Of a stretch of 64,000 bases of DNA, positions 39,581 through 49,136 are shown one piece after another. Below the pieces are notes generated by a model that ran no database searches, was not told where the DNA came from, and saw only the letters and a program-made list of their open reading frames with translations. The stretch is from an uncultured Verrucomicrobiae bacterium (GTDB lineage: Bacteria; Verrucomicrobiota; Verrucomicrobiia; Chthoniobacterales; UBA10450), in contig CAVTMK010000001.1 of NCBI GenBank assembly GCA_963735805.1, positions 128,001 to 192,000 on the forward strand, read 5' to 3'. Numbering within the stretch: the stretch's first letter is position 1; every line of letters starts with the position of its first letter. The translations under genes and the position numbers were made by a program.

Positions 39581-40132
39581 ATGCACATTGAACCAGATTC
39601 ATTGCCCACTGGACACGCGGGTATCGCTGCGCGTTTAAAAAAAGGTCCTACTATCCATTCCAGCGCGTGGATTGTCCCGGGCGCAACGGTGATCGGCGAC
39701 GTGATTCTGGAAGAAGAATCGAGTGTCTGGTACGGCGCGGTGCTTCGCGGCGATATCAATCGGATCGTGATCGGGCCGCACTCGAACATTCAGGATAATG
39801 CGGTCGTACATATCGATACAGATTACCCAACAACCATGGGGGAACTGGTCACCGTCGGGCACACCGCTATCGTGCACGCATGCACGATCGACAATGAAGT
39901 GCTCATTGGCATGGGCGCCATCATTCTCGACGACGTGGAAGTTGGCGCACGTTCCATTATTGGGGCCAACGCTCTTGTCACCACGGGAACGAAAATTCCG
40001 CCTGGCTCGCTCGTGCTCGGGTCGCCGGCGAAGATCCGTCGGCAACTGAGCCTCGACGAACAAAAGGACATTGCCCGATGGGCGTGGAGCTATGTCGAAA
40101 CGGCCAAGCAATATCGCGAGTTTTGTTGCTAA
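39581..40132 (+). CDS. Gamma carbonic anhydrase family protein
   Basis: VLRGDIN, NIQDNAVVH, VGHTAIVHAC, hexapeptide repeats. Confidence 0.92.
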   Translation: MHIEPDSLPTGHAGIAARLKKGPTIHSSAWIVPGATVIGDVILEEESSVWYGAVLRGDINRIVIGPHSNIQDNAVVHIDTDYPTTMGELVTVGHTAIVHACTIDNEVLIGMGAIILDDVEVGARSIIGANALVTTGTKIPPGSLVLGSPAKIRRQLSLDEQKDIARWAWSYVETAKQYREFCC

Positions 40133-40164
40133 ACAACCGCAAACCAGAGAGCAATAATGCATAT

Positions 40165-40653
40165 ATGAAAGCTATCGTTGGATCCGCATTAGCTACGCTC
40201 TTAGCCGTCGTCCTCATCCACGCGCAGTTGTCCGCTGAAGAAATGCAGTCTACCGACATGCATCTCTATCCTCCGACAGTTATCGAATGGAAAGCAGGGC
40301 CAGCGGCTTTGCCTCCCGGCGCAAGGATGGCTGTACTGGAAGGCGACCCGACGAAAGAAGGCCCGTTTGTGGTCCGATTTCAGTTTCCTGACGGTTATCA
40401 TATTCCGCCGCATACCCATCCAAAGACTGAGCGGGTCACTGTGATTTCGGGTACCCTGTATCTCGCGACGGGAGACGGGCTCGATCGCGGCAGTGCGAAA
40501 AAACTTCCTACCGGCTCCTTCGGTTACTGGCCAGCCGGGATGAAACACGCGGGGTGGTCCGAAGGCGAAACAGTCATCCAACTTCATGGAATTGGCCCAT
40601 GGCAGATTAACTATGTCAATCCGGCGGACGATCCGAGGAACGCGAAGAAATGA
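40165..40653 (+). CDS. Secreted cupin-domain protein (DUF4437-like)
   Basis: PPHTHPKTERVTVISG, PAGMKH. Confidence 0.85.
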   Translation: MKAIVGSALATLLAVVLIHAQLSAEEMQSTDMHLYPPTVIEWKAGPAALPPGARMAVLEGDPTKEGPFVVRFQFPDGYHIPPHTHPKTERVTVISGTLYLATGDGLDRGSAKKLPTGSFGYWPAGMKHAGWSEGETVIQLHGIGPWQINYVNPADDPRNAKK

Positions 40654-40656
40654 CTT

Positions 40657-40751
40657 TGTCATCCCGAATAAAGTGAGGGATCTCTCTCTTAGCGCTGATT
40701 GATCACACAAAGCACGATGTGTAGCCCGCGCCTTGATTGTGCGGTCCCTCA
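40657..40751. repeat. Partial GTCATCCCGA-type REP-like element
   Basis: TGTCATCCCGAATAAAGTGAGGGATC...GGTCCCTCA; right end missing. Confidence 0.6.
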
Positions 40752-40752
40752 T

Positions 40753-40884
40753 TGCAGGGCGTCTGTGTCAGACGCCATTCCACAACCCGGCGCTTGACGG
40801 GATGGAACAGCCGGGACGCGAGCGACATAGACGGGCTGCTCGTTAGAGCGACAGAGCGGGAGCGAACGAGTCAAACGCCCTACA
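40753..40884. repeat. GTAG-type REP inverted pair containing an insert
   Basis: TGCAGGGCGTCTGTGTCAGACGCC...GGCGCTTGAC[insert]ACGCCCTACA. Confidence 0.65.
40803..40874 (+). mobile_element. 72-bp non-coding insert, same family as 32505
   Basis: TGGAACAGCCGGGACGCGAGCGACATAG...GAGCGGGAGCGAACGAGTCAA. Confidence 0.65.
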
Positions 40885-41983
40885 ATTCCTTCGCGAGCTC
40901 GCGCGCGTTGTCGCGCAACAATTCGGCGGCGCGCTTCATGTTTTCTTTCTCACTCATTCCGGGTCGCGCATTTTCGTAAACACCGTCGAAAATCTCTCGA
41001 ACCTCTCGGTCCTCGGTTGCGCGGCCGACAATCGCGAAGACTTTTTTTCCTAGTTTGCGCGCCAGTCTTGCAACGCCCGCCGGCGTTTTTCCTTCCAGCG
41101 TTTGCCGATCCAAACTCCCCTCGCCCGTGATGACAACGTCCACATCTTTCATTTTTGACTCGAGCCCGACTGCTTCTGCGACCACATCGAAGCCGGGGCG
41201 AATGGTGGCACCGCAAAAACTCATCAGACCAAATCCCAATCCACCAGCCGCTCCCGTGCCCTGTTTGTCGCGATAATCAAAGCCAAAATCGCTGGCGACA
41301 ACGTCGGCCAGCCTGGTTAGCGCCTGTTCCAGGACTTTGAGTTCATCATTGCTCGCGCCCTTTTGCGGACCAAACACCTGCGTGGCCCCATTTTCGCCGA
41401 GTAACGGATTGCGCACATCAACGGCTGCAATGATTGCCGGCAACTTCAAATCCTTCGGCATATCGATCCGATCGAGATTAACCAAATCGGTCACGCATTC
41501 CCGGTCTTTCTCGTGCTCGTAATCGAATCGGTATCCCATCGCGCGTGCCATCCCAAATCCGCCATCATTTGTCGCGCTACCGCCAAGGCCGATGATGATT
41601 TCATTCGCGCCGCGATCCGTTGCATCCCGGATCATTTCGCCAACGCCGAATGTGGTCGCGCGAATGGGGTCTCGTTCATTTTCAGACAGCCGCCGCATTC
41701 CAGCCGCTTCGCTCATTTCCATTACCGCGAGTTTGCCATCGTCAATCCAAGCGTAACGGGCCTCGATCTCACGCCCGATGGGATCGTGTGCTTTACATTT
41801 TAACCATGAACCGCCGCGCGCTTCACAAATCGCTTCCGCGGTCCCCTCTCCTCCGTCTGCCATCGGCACAATTTCGATGTCAGCATCGGGCAAGACGTCG
41901 TGCAGTCCCTTGGCGATGTTTTCCGCAACATCACGCGCGTTTAGCGCGCCTTTAAATTTGTCGGGGGCAATCAGAATCCGCAC
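40880..41983 (-). CDS. Glycerate kinase (GlxK/GarK family)
   Basis: APDKFKG, PMADGGEGT, GLGGSATNDGG, GAAGGLG, TGEG. Confidence 0.94.
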   Translation of the reverse strand: MRILIAPDKFKGALNARDVAENIAKGLHDVLPDADIEIVPMADGGEGTAEAICEARGGSWLKCKAHDPIGREIEARYAWIDDGKLAVMEMSEAAGMRRLSENERDPIRATTFGVGEMIRDATDRGANEIIIGLGGSATNDGGFGMARAMGYRFDYEHEKDRECVTDLVNLDRIDMPKDLKLPAIIAAVDVRNPLLGENGATQVFGPQKGASNDELKVLEQALTRLADVVASDFGFDYRDKQGTGAAGGLGFGLMSFCGATIRPGFDVVAEAVGLESKMKDVDVVITGEGSLDRQTLEGKTPAGVARLARKLGKKVFAIVGRATEDREVREIFDGVYENARPGMSEKENMKRAAELLRDNARELAKEL

Positions 41984-42010
41984 AGTTGCAACTTTATCGC
42001 TTATCCGATC

Positions 42011-42100
42011 TTGTCATTCCGAGCGAAGCGCAGCGGAGTCGAGGAATCTCTCGCATTAAAAGAGTGATTGGAGATGTCTCGACTTCGCTCGACATGACAA
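42011..42100. repeat. GTCATTCCGA-type palindromic REP-like element
   Basis: TTGTCATTCCGAGCGAAG...TCGAGGAATCTC...GAGATGTCTCGACTTCGCTCGACATGACAA. Confidence 0.82.
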
Positions 42101-42116
42101 GTCAGGAAATGCGCGA

Positions 42117-43571
42117 TCAGGAATTCAGCTTCCGCTCTAAAATCTCGCCGACCAGCTGCGGGTTAGCCTTCCCTTTTGATAATTTGATTACCTGCCCCTT
42201 GAGAAAATTGAGCGAAGCGACGTTGCCGGCCTTGAAATCTGCAGTCGGTTTGGGATTCGCGGCGATCGTCTCGTCACATAATTTTTCGATGGCGCTCAAA
42301 TCGCTTAGTTGCTCGATTCCCTTTTCCTTGACGATCGCGGTCGCGTTTTTGCCACTGGCAAACATTTCCGCGAAAACGTCCTTGCCCTGTTTGCCGCTGA
42401 TTTTTCCGCTGTCGATCAAATTGACCAACTCATCAAGCGCTTCTGGTGGAATCGGACAATCATTGATGTCCTTACCGGCAGCACTGAGGGCATTCTGCAA
42501 ATCATTCAGGATCCAGTTTGCGACATTCTTCGGTTTCTTTGCGCCCCTGGCTGCAGTTTCAAAATAGCGCGCGAGATCGAGATCATTCGCAAGCACAGCG
42601 GCATCGTACGGGCTCACCTGATACTGCTGGATAAAACGGTCTCGTTTCGCCTTCGGCAACTCAGGCACGCGCTGTCGCACTTCAGCCAGGAGAACGTCGG
42701 TCTTCACAGGAACAAGATCGGGATCCGGAAAGTAGCGGTAATCATGCGCGAATTCCTTTGTGCGCATCAGGAATGTTTCGCCGGCTGTGTCGTTCCAACC
42801 GCGCGTTTCCTGCTCCAGCGTTTCGCCATTCTCCAGCGCAGCGATTTGACGCCGGATCTCATATGCCAGCGCGCGTCGGACTCCGCTGATGGAATTCAGG
42901 TTCTTGATCTCGATCTTCGCGCCAGACTCGGCCTGTGACTCCGGTCGTACAGAAATGTTGCAATCACAACGGAGTTGTCCCTTCTCCATGTCGGCGTCGC
43001 TTACGGCTCCATAGATTAAAATTTGCTTCAGCGAAGTCAGAAACGCGAACGCTTCCTCCGGAGATTTGATTTCCGGTTGCGTCACGATCTCCATCAACGG
43101 TGTGCCGGCACGATTAAAGTCGATCCCGGTGCTGTTCTCGAAGTGAAAGCTCTTGGCCACGTCTTCCTCGAGATGAATCCGCACCAGAGCCACTTCCTTG
43201 TCCGAAGCGACGATATCTTTCTGCGCGTCCTTCGGATAAGCCAGATCGTGCAACTGGACGGCGCCGTTCGTGCAAAGCGGCATGTCGTACTGTGAAATCT
43301 GGTAGTTCTTCGGCATGTCCGGGTAGAAATAGTTTTTGCGATCGAACTTGCAGATCGGGGCGATATCGCATCCCAGCATAAGTCCGGTGAGAACCGTCAT
43401 GCGCAACGCTTCATGATTCATTACCGGCAACGCGCCGGGCAGTCCAAGGCAAACCGGACAAGTATGCGTGTTCGGTTCTGCCCCGAATTCAACCGGAGAA
43501 GCGCAAAACATTTTCGAACGCGTCTTCAGCTGGACGTGCACTTCCAGGCCGATCGTGGGGATGTACTTCAT
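42117..43571 (-). CDS. gatB: Asp/Glu-tRNA amidotransferase subunit B
   Basis: IGLEVHVQL, FDRKNYFYPD, DFNRAGTPL, DYRYFPDPDL. Confidence 0.98.
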   Translation of the reverse strand: MKYIPTIGLEVHVQLKTRSKMFCASPVEFGAEPNTHTCPVCLGLPGALPVMNHEALRMTVLTGLMLGCDIAPICKFDRKNYFYPDMPKNYQISQYDMPLCTNGAVQLHDLAYPKDAQKDIVASDKEVALVRIHLEEDVAKSFHFENSTGIDFNRAGTPLMEIVTQPEIKSPEEAFAFLTSLKQILIYGAVSDADMEKGQLRCDCNISVRPESQAESGAKIEIKNLNSISGVRRALAYEIRRQIAALENGETLEQETRGWNDTAGETFLMRTKEFAHDYRYFPDPDLVPVKTDVLLAEVRQRVPELPKAKRDRFIQQYQVSPYDAAVLANDLDLARYFETAARGAKKPKNVANWILNDLQNALSAAGKDINDCPIPPEALDELVNLIDSGKISGKQGKDVFAEMFASGKNATAIVKEKGIEQLSDLSAIEKLCDETIAANPKPTADFKAGNVASLNFLKGQVIKLSKGKANPQLVGEILERKLNS

Positions 43572-43952
43572 TTCGGATTTCGGAAACCGGATTTCAGAGA
43601 GTTGTTTCGCGCACGAGCAGTTCGTATCGAGCTAACAACGATGGCGATAATTTCGTTAGCTTCGCTCATTAACTCACCCAATCGTGATGGCTTCACGATA
43701 CCGGCTTCGATTAGCATTTGCATCCAATACAGAGCTTCGTCGCATTCCTCTTCTACGATTCCCATTTTTGCGACGAAATCAGCCCGAGATTTCCCACGCA
43801 AGGCAGAGCGATAGTGCTCCCACACCTGTTCCAGCACGAAGAAGCTGATTTCCAATTACGCGCGCTGCCTGTGAATTCGGGAGCGACTCAACCAAACGAA
43901 TTGTTCGCGGCCCGAAATGCATCGTTCGTCTCGCGAAATCTTTCTTTTGCAT
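43568..43952 (-). pseudogene. Four-helix-bundle protein (TIGR02436-like), frameshifted
   Basis: MQKKDF...VIGNQLLRAGTGVGA then YRSALRGKSRADF...EEECDEALYW in another frame; GCA-C-TAT where GCA-AAC-TAT is expected. Confidence 0.82.
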
Positions 43953-43987
43953 TCTGAACTTTCCAGTTTCCGGTATCCGAAATCTCG

Positions 43988-44908
43988 TTACTTCTCCAGC
44001 GCATAATCGAGCGCGCGCTGAATATCGAATTTCTTGATGCGTTTTGCGAGGACCGGATCGTTTGCCGCTTCAATGACGTGTGGATTTTGGAGCAGATCGA
44101 AAAAGCGTTCCTGCGCGATCAGGTCCGCAATTTCCGGATCGCTTCGCAGAGCGACGATTTTTGGATGCTCAGCCAATTCGCGCGCACCAGGGAACCCTAA
44201 AAATTTCTGGGTACGTTCCGGACTGGAGAGAACCCTCCCCGCCTTTTCCAGCGTTGCGTACGTTCTCTGCGAAATAGGATCTGTGCTCTTAAGCACGTTA
44301 CCTAGCAGACCCAGCTCCAATGAATTCTTCAGGCGGGCCAGCGATGTCGCGAGCGTCTGTATGCCGTCTTCCGACTGCGAGAGAAAACGACGGCGCACAT
44401 CGATAGCGTGCGAGGTCGCGTCTTGTGTGCTGTGCGCCGCTGCGTTCGATCGTGCGACAGCCGGCCCTCCAGCGAAGGCGCCGACCGCTCGCACAGTGAC
44501 GACAGTCAGCCAAAGCAGAAAGAGACCGAAAAACAGACCAAGGATTGCCCCTGCAAAACCGTAAATGAGCCGGATAAGTCCGGATTCTTGTTGGGCAGTT
44601 CGCTTGAACAAGATTGCCCCCACCCCGCTTACGAGCGCATAAGCGGCGAGCGCGAGTAACGCGCCGCACAAGATCGACAAGACAGGGTCAGGCATTTTGA
44701 AAAAGGAGCGAATCATTGGAACAAACAATTTGCCCCCGAAAAATGCTGCTGCGTACGCGATACCAAGAGCGATCAGGCGCATTATCTGACGCATCAAACC
44801 CAATCGCCAACCCCGCACGACTTCGAATAAGATCAAAATGACGCCAAAAGAAATAAAGATGACCTGCCAAAGTGGCGACCCAGCCACCGGTCGAATTTCA
44901 GATGTCAC
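43988..44908 (-). CDS. CvpA family membrane protein
   Basis: [11 protein letters not shown] plus TM helices; GTG start overlaps the aroC stop. Confidence 0.75.
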   Translation of the reverse strand: MTSEIRPVAGSPLWQVIFISFGVILILFEVVRGWRLGLMRQIMRLIALGIAYAAAFFGGKLFVPMIRSFFKMPDPVLSILCGALLALAAYALVSGVGAILFKRTAQQESGLIRLIYGFAGAILGLFFGLFLLWLTVVTVRAVGAFAGGPAVARSNAAAHSTQDATSHAIDVRRRFLSQSEDGIQTLATSLARLKNSLELGLLGNVLKSTDPISQRTYATLEKAGRVLSSPERTQKFLGFPGARELAEHPKIVALRSDPEIADLIAQERFFDLLQNPHVIEAANDPVLAKRIKKFDIQRALDYALEK

Positions 44909-45996
44909 TGTGACCGACCGTCTATTGCTCGCTGCCGCAAAGCATGATCGCATAGCACCAATGCGGTCATCGCTTCTACGATTGGCACTGCCCGCGGAAG
45001 AACGCACGGATCATGCCGACCGCGCGCAGCCAGACGGGTTTGCTGGCGCGAACTGGTTACCGTTTTTTGTTCGTGGCGGATTGTAGCTGTCGGCTTGAAC
45101 GCGACACGGAAATTAATCTCCTCCCCGTTACTGATGCCGCCCTGGACCCCACCGGAATTATTGGTCGCCGCGCGGATTTTATCGCCGTGCATCTCGAATG
45201 GATCATTGTGTTGCGAACCCCTCATCCGCGTCGCCGCAAAACCGGAACCGATCTCGAATCCTTTTGTTGCCGGTATGCTCAGCACCGCTTTAGCCAAATC
45301 CGCGTCGAGCTTGTCGAAAACCGGTTCACCAAGTCCGGGCGGAATACCGCGAACGACGCATTCAATGACGCCGCCAACCGAATCACCTTCGTTGCCAACT
45401 CGCTCGATCAACGAGGCCATTTTTTTGGCCGCCGTGATATCCGGGCAACGAACCATGTTCTTCTCGATATCTTTCGCCTTCACCGCGGACCGATCGATTT
45501 TCGCAGCGACCTCGTGAATTTGTGCGACGTAGGCGACGATTTCGAATTCCGCATACAGCATCGATAATATTTTTCTCGCAACAGCGCCAGCTGCTACTCG
45601 ACCGATAGTCTCCCGAGCTGAAGCGCGGCCCCCGCCCTGCCAGTTCCGAATTCCATACTTGGCCTCATAGGTAAAGTCAGCATGTGAAGGCCGAAACTTC
45701 TCAGCGAACTCCACGTAATCCTCTGGCCTTGCGTCTTTGTTACGCACCAGAATCGCAATCGGCGTGCCGAGGGTTTTACTCTCAAAAACACCGGAAAGAA
45801 TTTCGCACTGATCCGCCTCCTTCCTTTGTGTTGTGATCTTACTTTGACCTGGACGACGGCGGTCCAGTTCACGTTGGATCTCGGCCTGGGACAGTTCGAT
45901 GTTCGGCGGGCAACCGTCGATCACCACACCCACGCCGCCACCGTGCGATTCGCCAAAAGTGGTGACGCGAAAGAGCTGGCCGAAAGTGTTGCCCAT
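44905..45996 (-). CDS. aroC: Chorismate synthase
   Basis: [28 protein letters not shown]. Confidence 0.98.
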   Translation of the reverse strand: MGNTFGQLFRVTTFGESHGGGVGVVIDGCPPNIELSQAEIQRELDRRRPGQSKITTQRKEADQCEILSGVFESKTLGTPIAILVRNKDARPEDYVEFAEKFRPSHADFTYEAKYGIRNWQGGGRASARETIGRVAAGAVARKILSMLYAEFEIVAYVAQIHEVAAKIDRSAVKAKDIEKNMVRCPDITAAKKMASLIERVGNEGDSVGGVIECVVRGIPPGLGEPVFDKLDADLAKAVLSIPATKGFEIGSGFAATRMRGSQHNDPFEMHGDKIRAATNNSGGVQGGISNGEEINFRVAFKPTATIRHEQKTVTSSRQQTRLAARGRHDPCVLPRAVPIVEAMTALVLCDHALRQRAIDGRSQ

Positions 45997-46412
45997 TGTG
46001 TGCCGATCTTAATCTAATCAGGACACGAGCGCGAGGTGGATTGGCTTCGCCGAAGACAATCTCAATCTCGCGTGCGTTTCATGCTCTTCCGCGCAGGCGC
46101 CGTCGAAAGCAATGGCGACCGCGGAGGTACGAGCGAGGACTGCACGATGGATGTTGTGGTCTGCCCATGAACGAGAAACCGATGTTCCTCTGTCATTCCG
46201 TCCATTTGCGATCAATTTGCAATGGCGCGTTTCTCGAAAGCCACTTTTGCTCTCATGCTATCCTTGTTGCCCGCGACGGCATGCCTGGTAGGAATCGTTG
46301 TTCTGCGACAAGTTCCATCGCTTTCAGAACTAACCAGTGTCGGCGCAGTGATACCCGGAGTCGCTTTGAAACGCAGCGTAGATGATTAAGATGATTAAGG
46401 AGAGATAATGCA

Positions 46413-47393
46413 ATGAATTATACAAATCTTGGAAAAACCGGGCTCAAACTATCGCGAATCTGCCTGGGCTGCATGAGTTACGGACTCAAGGAAGAGAGAG
46501 AGTGGGGTCTGGATGAGGAACAAAGCCGGCCTTTCATTAAAAGAGCGCTTGAGCTTGGCATTAACTTTTTTGACACAGCCAACATGTATGGAAATGGCCG
46601 GAGCGAAGAGGTCGTGGGCCGGGCACTACATGAGTTCGCGAAACGAGATGAGGTAGTGGTCGCGAGCAAAGTCTATTTTCCGATGCGTCCCGATGTGAAC
46701 GGGCACGGACTGTCCCGCAAATCGATCATGACAGAAATCGACCACAGTTTGCGACGCCTGAAGATGGATTATGTCGATCTTTACCAGATCCACCGTTGGG
46801 ATTACGACACACCGATTGAAGAAACCCTCGAAGCCCTGCACGATGTCGTGAAATCAGGAAAGGTGCGTTACATCGGAGCATCATCGATGTTTGCCTGGCA
46901 ATTCTGCAAGGCGCTATACCTGGCCGACCTCCATGGTTGGACACGTTTTGTTTCGATGCAGCCACATTACAACCTGCTGAATCGCGAGGAAGAACGGGAG
47001 ATGTTACCTCTTTGCTTCGCGGAGGGTATTGGCGTGTTACCGTGGAGCCCGCTGGCGCGCGGCCGGCTCGCCCGAGCATGGGAGACGCAGCCGAGTACTG
47101 TGCGCGGTCAAACTGATGAGTACGGCAAAAAGCTCTATTCGGCGACTGAAGAACTGGACAAAGAGGTAGTTGATCGCGTCGGGGAAATCGCCAAGGCGCG
47201 AGGAGTCAGCCGGGCAGAGATCGCGCTCGGCTGGTTGCTTCACAAGCCTGCGGTAACGGCGCCAATTGTTGGCGCAACCAAGCTTCATCATCTTGAAGAA
47301 GCCGTGGCGGCGGTGGACGTGAAATTATCCAAGGCGGAAATCGAAGCGCTTGAGGCGCCATACGTTCCTCATCGCATTGCCGGATTCGAATGA
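46413..47393 (+). CDS. Aldo/keto reductase
   Basis: GINFFDTANMY, YVDLYQIHRWD, PWSPLARG. Confidence 0.95.
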   Translation: MNYTNLGKTGLKLSRICLGCMSYGLKEEREWGLDEEQSRPFIKRALELGINFFDTANMYGNGRSEEVVGRALHEFAKRDEVVVASKVYFPMRPDVNGHGLSRKSIMTEIDHSLRRLKMDYVDLYQIHRWDYDTPIEETLEALHDVVKSGKVRYIGASSMFAWQFCKALYLADLHGWTRFVSMQPHYNLLNREEEREMLPLCFAEGIGVLPWSPLARGRLARAWETQPSTVRGQTDEYGKKLYSATEELDKEVVDRVGEIAKARGVSRAEIALGWLLHKPAVTAPIVGATKLHHLEEAVAAVDVKLSKAEIEALEAPYVPHRIAGFE

Positions 47394-47436
47394 TCAAGGT
47401 TTTTGAGAGAATGTTGGAACAACAACCGAAGCAGAC

Positions 47437-47805
47437 ATGGGTCCCGATTACATCGACTTCTTAATCAAAAGATTCGAGAAGCCAGACGAAGTCCGAACTT
47501 TTGAGAAGGGGCGGTTCGAACTCATCAAAATCGGTGGAATGACGATCGGCCGGGCGACCTATGAACCCGGCTGGAAATGGTCACAGCATGTCGCACCAGT
47601 CGCCGGGACTTCCTTTTGTCAGGTGGAGCACATTGGTATGGTCATCTCCGGTCAAGCGGCGTGTGCCATGGAAGATGGAAGGTCGTACATCATGAAGCCT
47701 GGCGATCTCTTTTACATTGGTCCCGGGCATGATAGCTGGGTCGTGGGCGATGAACCTTATGTTTCCCTTCATCTTCTCGGAGCGGAAGAATATGCGCATG
47801 AGTGA
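47437..47805 (+). CDS. Cupin-domain protein
   Basis: EPGWKWS, CQVEH, PGHDSWVVG. Confidence 0.85.
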   Translation: MGPDYIDFLIKRFEKPDEVRTFEKGRFELIKIGGMTIGRATYEPGWKWSQHVAPVAGTSFCQVEHIGMVISGQAACAMEDGRSYIMKPGDLFYIGPGHDSWVVGDEPYVSLHLLGAEEYAHE

Positions 47806-47904
47806 AAGAACCGACTCACGCCCGGTGATCTCTCCGCCTTCCGCGATAGCAGACGAATGGAACTAGAATCGCGTTCTTGCACCAACACGTCGAAGCGACG
47901 TTGG

Positions 47905-49065
47905 CTAGATTGCTTCGAGCGCGCTCTTCAAATCGTCGATTAGATCACGCACATCTTCTACGCCTACCGAAAGCCTTACCAGTGAATCGGTCACGCCCAG
48001 TTTCTCGCGCTGTTCCTTTGGCACTGAAGCATGCGTCATAAGCGCTGGGTGATTGATCAGGCTCTCCACACCGCCCAAACTTTCGGCCAGCGCGAACAGG
48101 TGCGTGTTTTCCAGAAAACGCCGGGTCGCAGCAGGATCGCCTTTCAAAACGATCGTGACGATTCCGCCAAAGCCGCGCATTTGTTGCCGTGCCAAGTCGT
48201 GCTGCGGATGCGATTTTAATCCCGGATAACTGACAGATTTCACTTCGCGCTGTTCCTCCAACCAGCGCGCAATCTCAAGCGCGTTTGAACAATGTCTCTC
48301 CATGCGGAGCGCCAGCGTCTTCAAACTGCGCAGTACCAGAAAACTGTCGAATGCACCGGCGATTGCGCCGACTGAGTTTTGCAAGAACGCAATTTGGTCG
48401 GCTAGTTCCTTGTTGTCGCCGACCACGACGACTCCATTCACAAGGTCGGAATGACCGTTCAGATACTTCGTAGCCGAATGCAGAACAATATCGAATCCCG
48501 CCTCGATCGGGCGTTGAATCCACGGTGTTGCAAATGTGTTGTCGGAAACCGAGATGATCTTGTGCTCGCGCGCGATTTTCGCAATCGCTTCGAGGTCGAT
48601 CAGTTTCAGAAGTGGATTGCTCGGCGTTTCGATCCAAACCATGCGTGTGTTTGGTTTGATCGCGCGCTCAAGATCGTTCGCATCGGTTAAATCGACATAA
48701 GTAAAATCAAGGTTCGCCGACCGACGACGCACTTTGTCGAATAACCGGAATGTGCCGCCATAAAGATCGTCACTCGCAACAATATGCGAGCCGCTGTCGA
48801 TCAATTCGAGCACGGTCGCCATTGCTGCCAAACCGGAGGCAAACGCGAATCCGCGCGTACCGCTTTCCAAACTGGCGATGCATTTCTCGTAAGCCAGCCG
48901 CGTGGGATTGATCGAGCGCGAGTAATCGTAGCCTTTATGCTTTCCGGGGCTTTCCTGCACGTAGGTCGATGTCGCATAGATGGGCGTCATCACCGCGCCG
49001 GTGGTCGGGTCGGGTTCCTGGCCGGCGTGAATCGCTCGCGTGGCAAATTCGTGTTCCTTTTTCAT
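47905..49065 (-). CDS. Cystathionine gamma-lyase/synthase (Cys/Met PLP family)
   Basis: YSRSINPT, ETPSNP, DNTF, HSATKYLNGHSD, AESLGGVESL. Confidence 0.93.
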   Translation of the reverse strand: MKKEHEFATRAIHAGQEPDPTTGAVMTPIYATSTYVQESPGKHKGYDYSRSINPTRLAYEKCIASLESGTRGFAFASGLAAMATVLELIDSGSHIVASDDLYGGTFRLFDKVRRRSANLDFTYVDLTDANDLERAIKPNTRMVWIETPSNPLLKLIDLEAIAKIAREHKIISVSDNTFATPWIQRPIEAGFDIVLHSATKYLNGHSDLVNGVVVVGDNKELADQIAFLQNSVGAIAGAFDSFLVLRSLKTLALRMERHCSNALEIARWLEEQREVKSVSYPGLKSHPQHDLARQQMRGFGGIVTIVLKGDPAATRRFLENTHLFALAESLGGVESLINHPALMTHASVPKEQREKLGVTDSLVRLSVGVEDVRDLIDDLKSALEAI

Positions 49066-49136
49066 GTCGCGACAATCTAACCGCGAATCGCGCGATTAGC
49101 GCTGACAAAATCAGTCCAATTCGCTCAGACAACGGC

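Noticed and set aside
43568..43952. Avd gene of a diversity-generating retroelement
   Set aside because: No reverse transcriptase or template/variable repeat pair nearby
45997..46412. Possible gene or ncRNA between aroC and the aldo/keto reductase
   Set aside because: No convincing ORF, motif or stable structure found by eye
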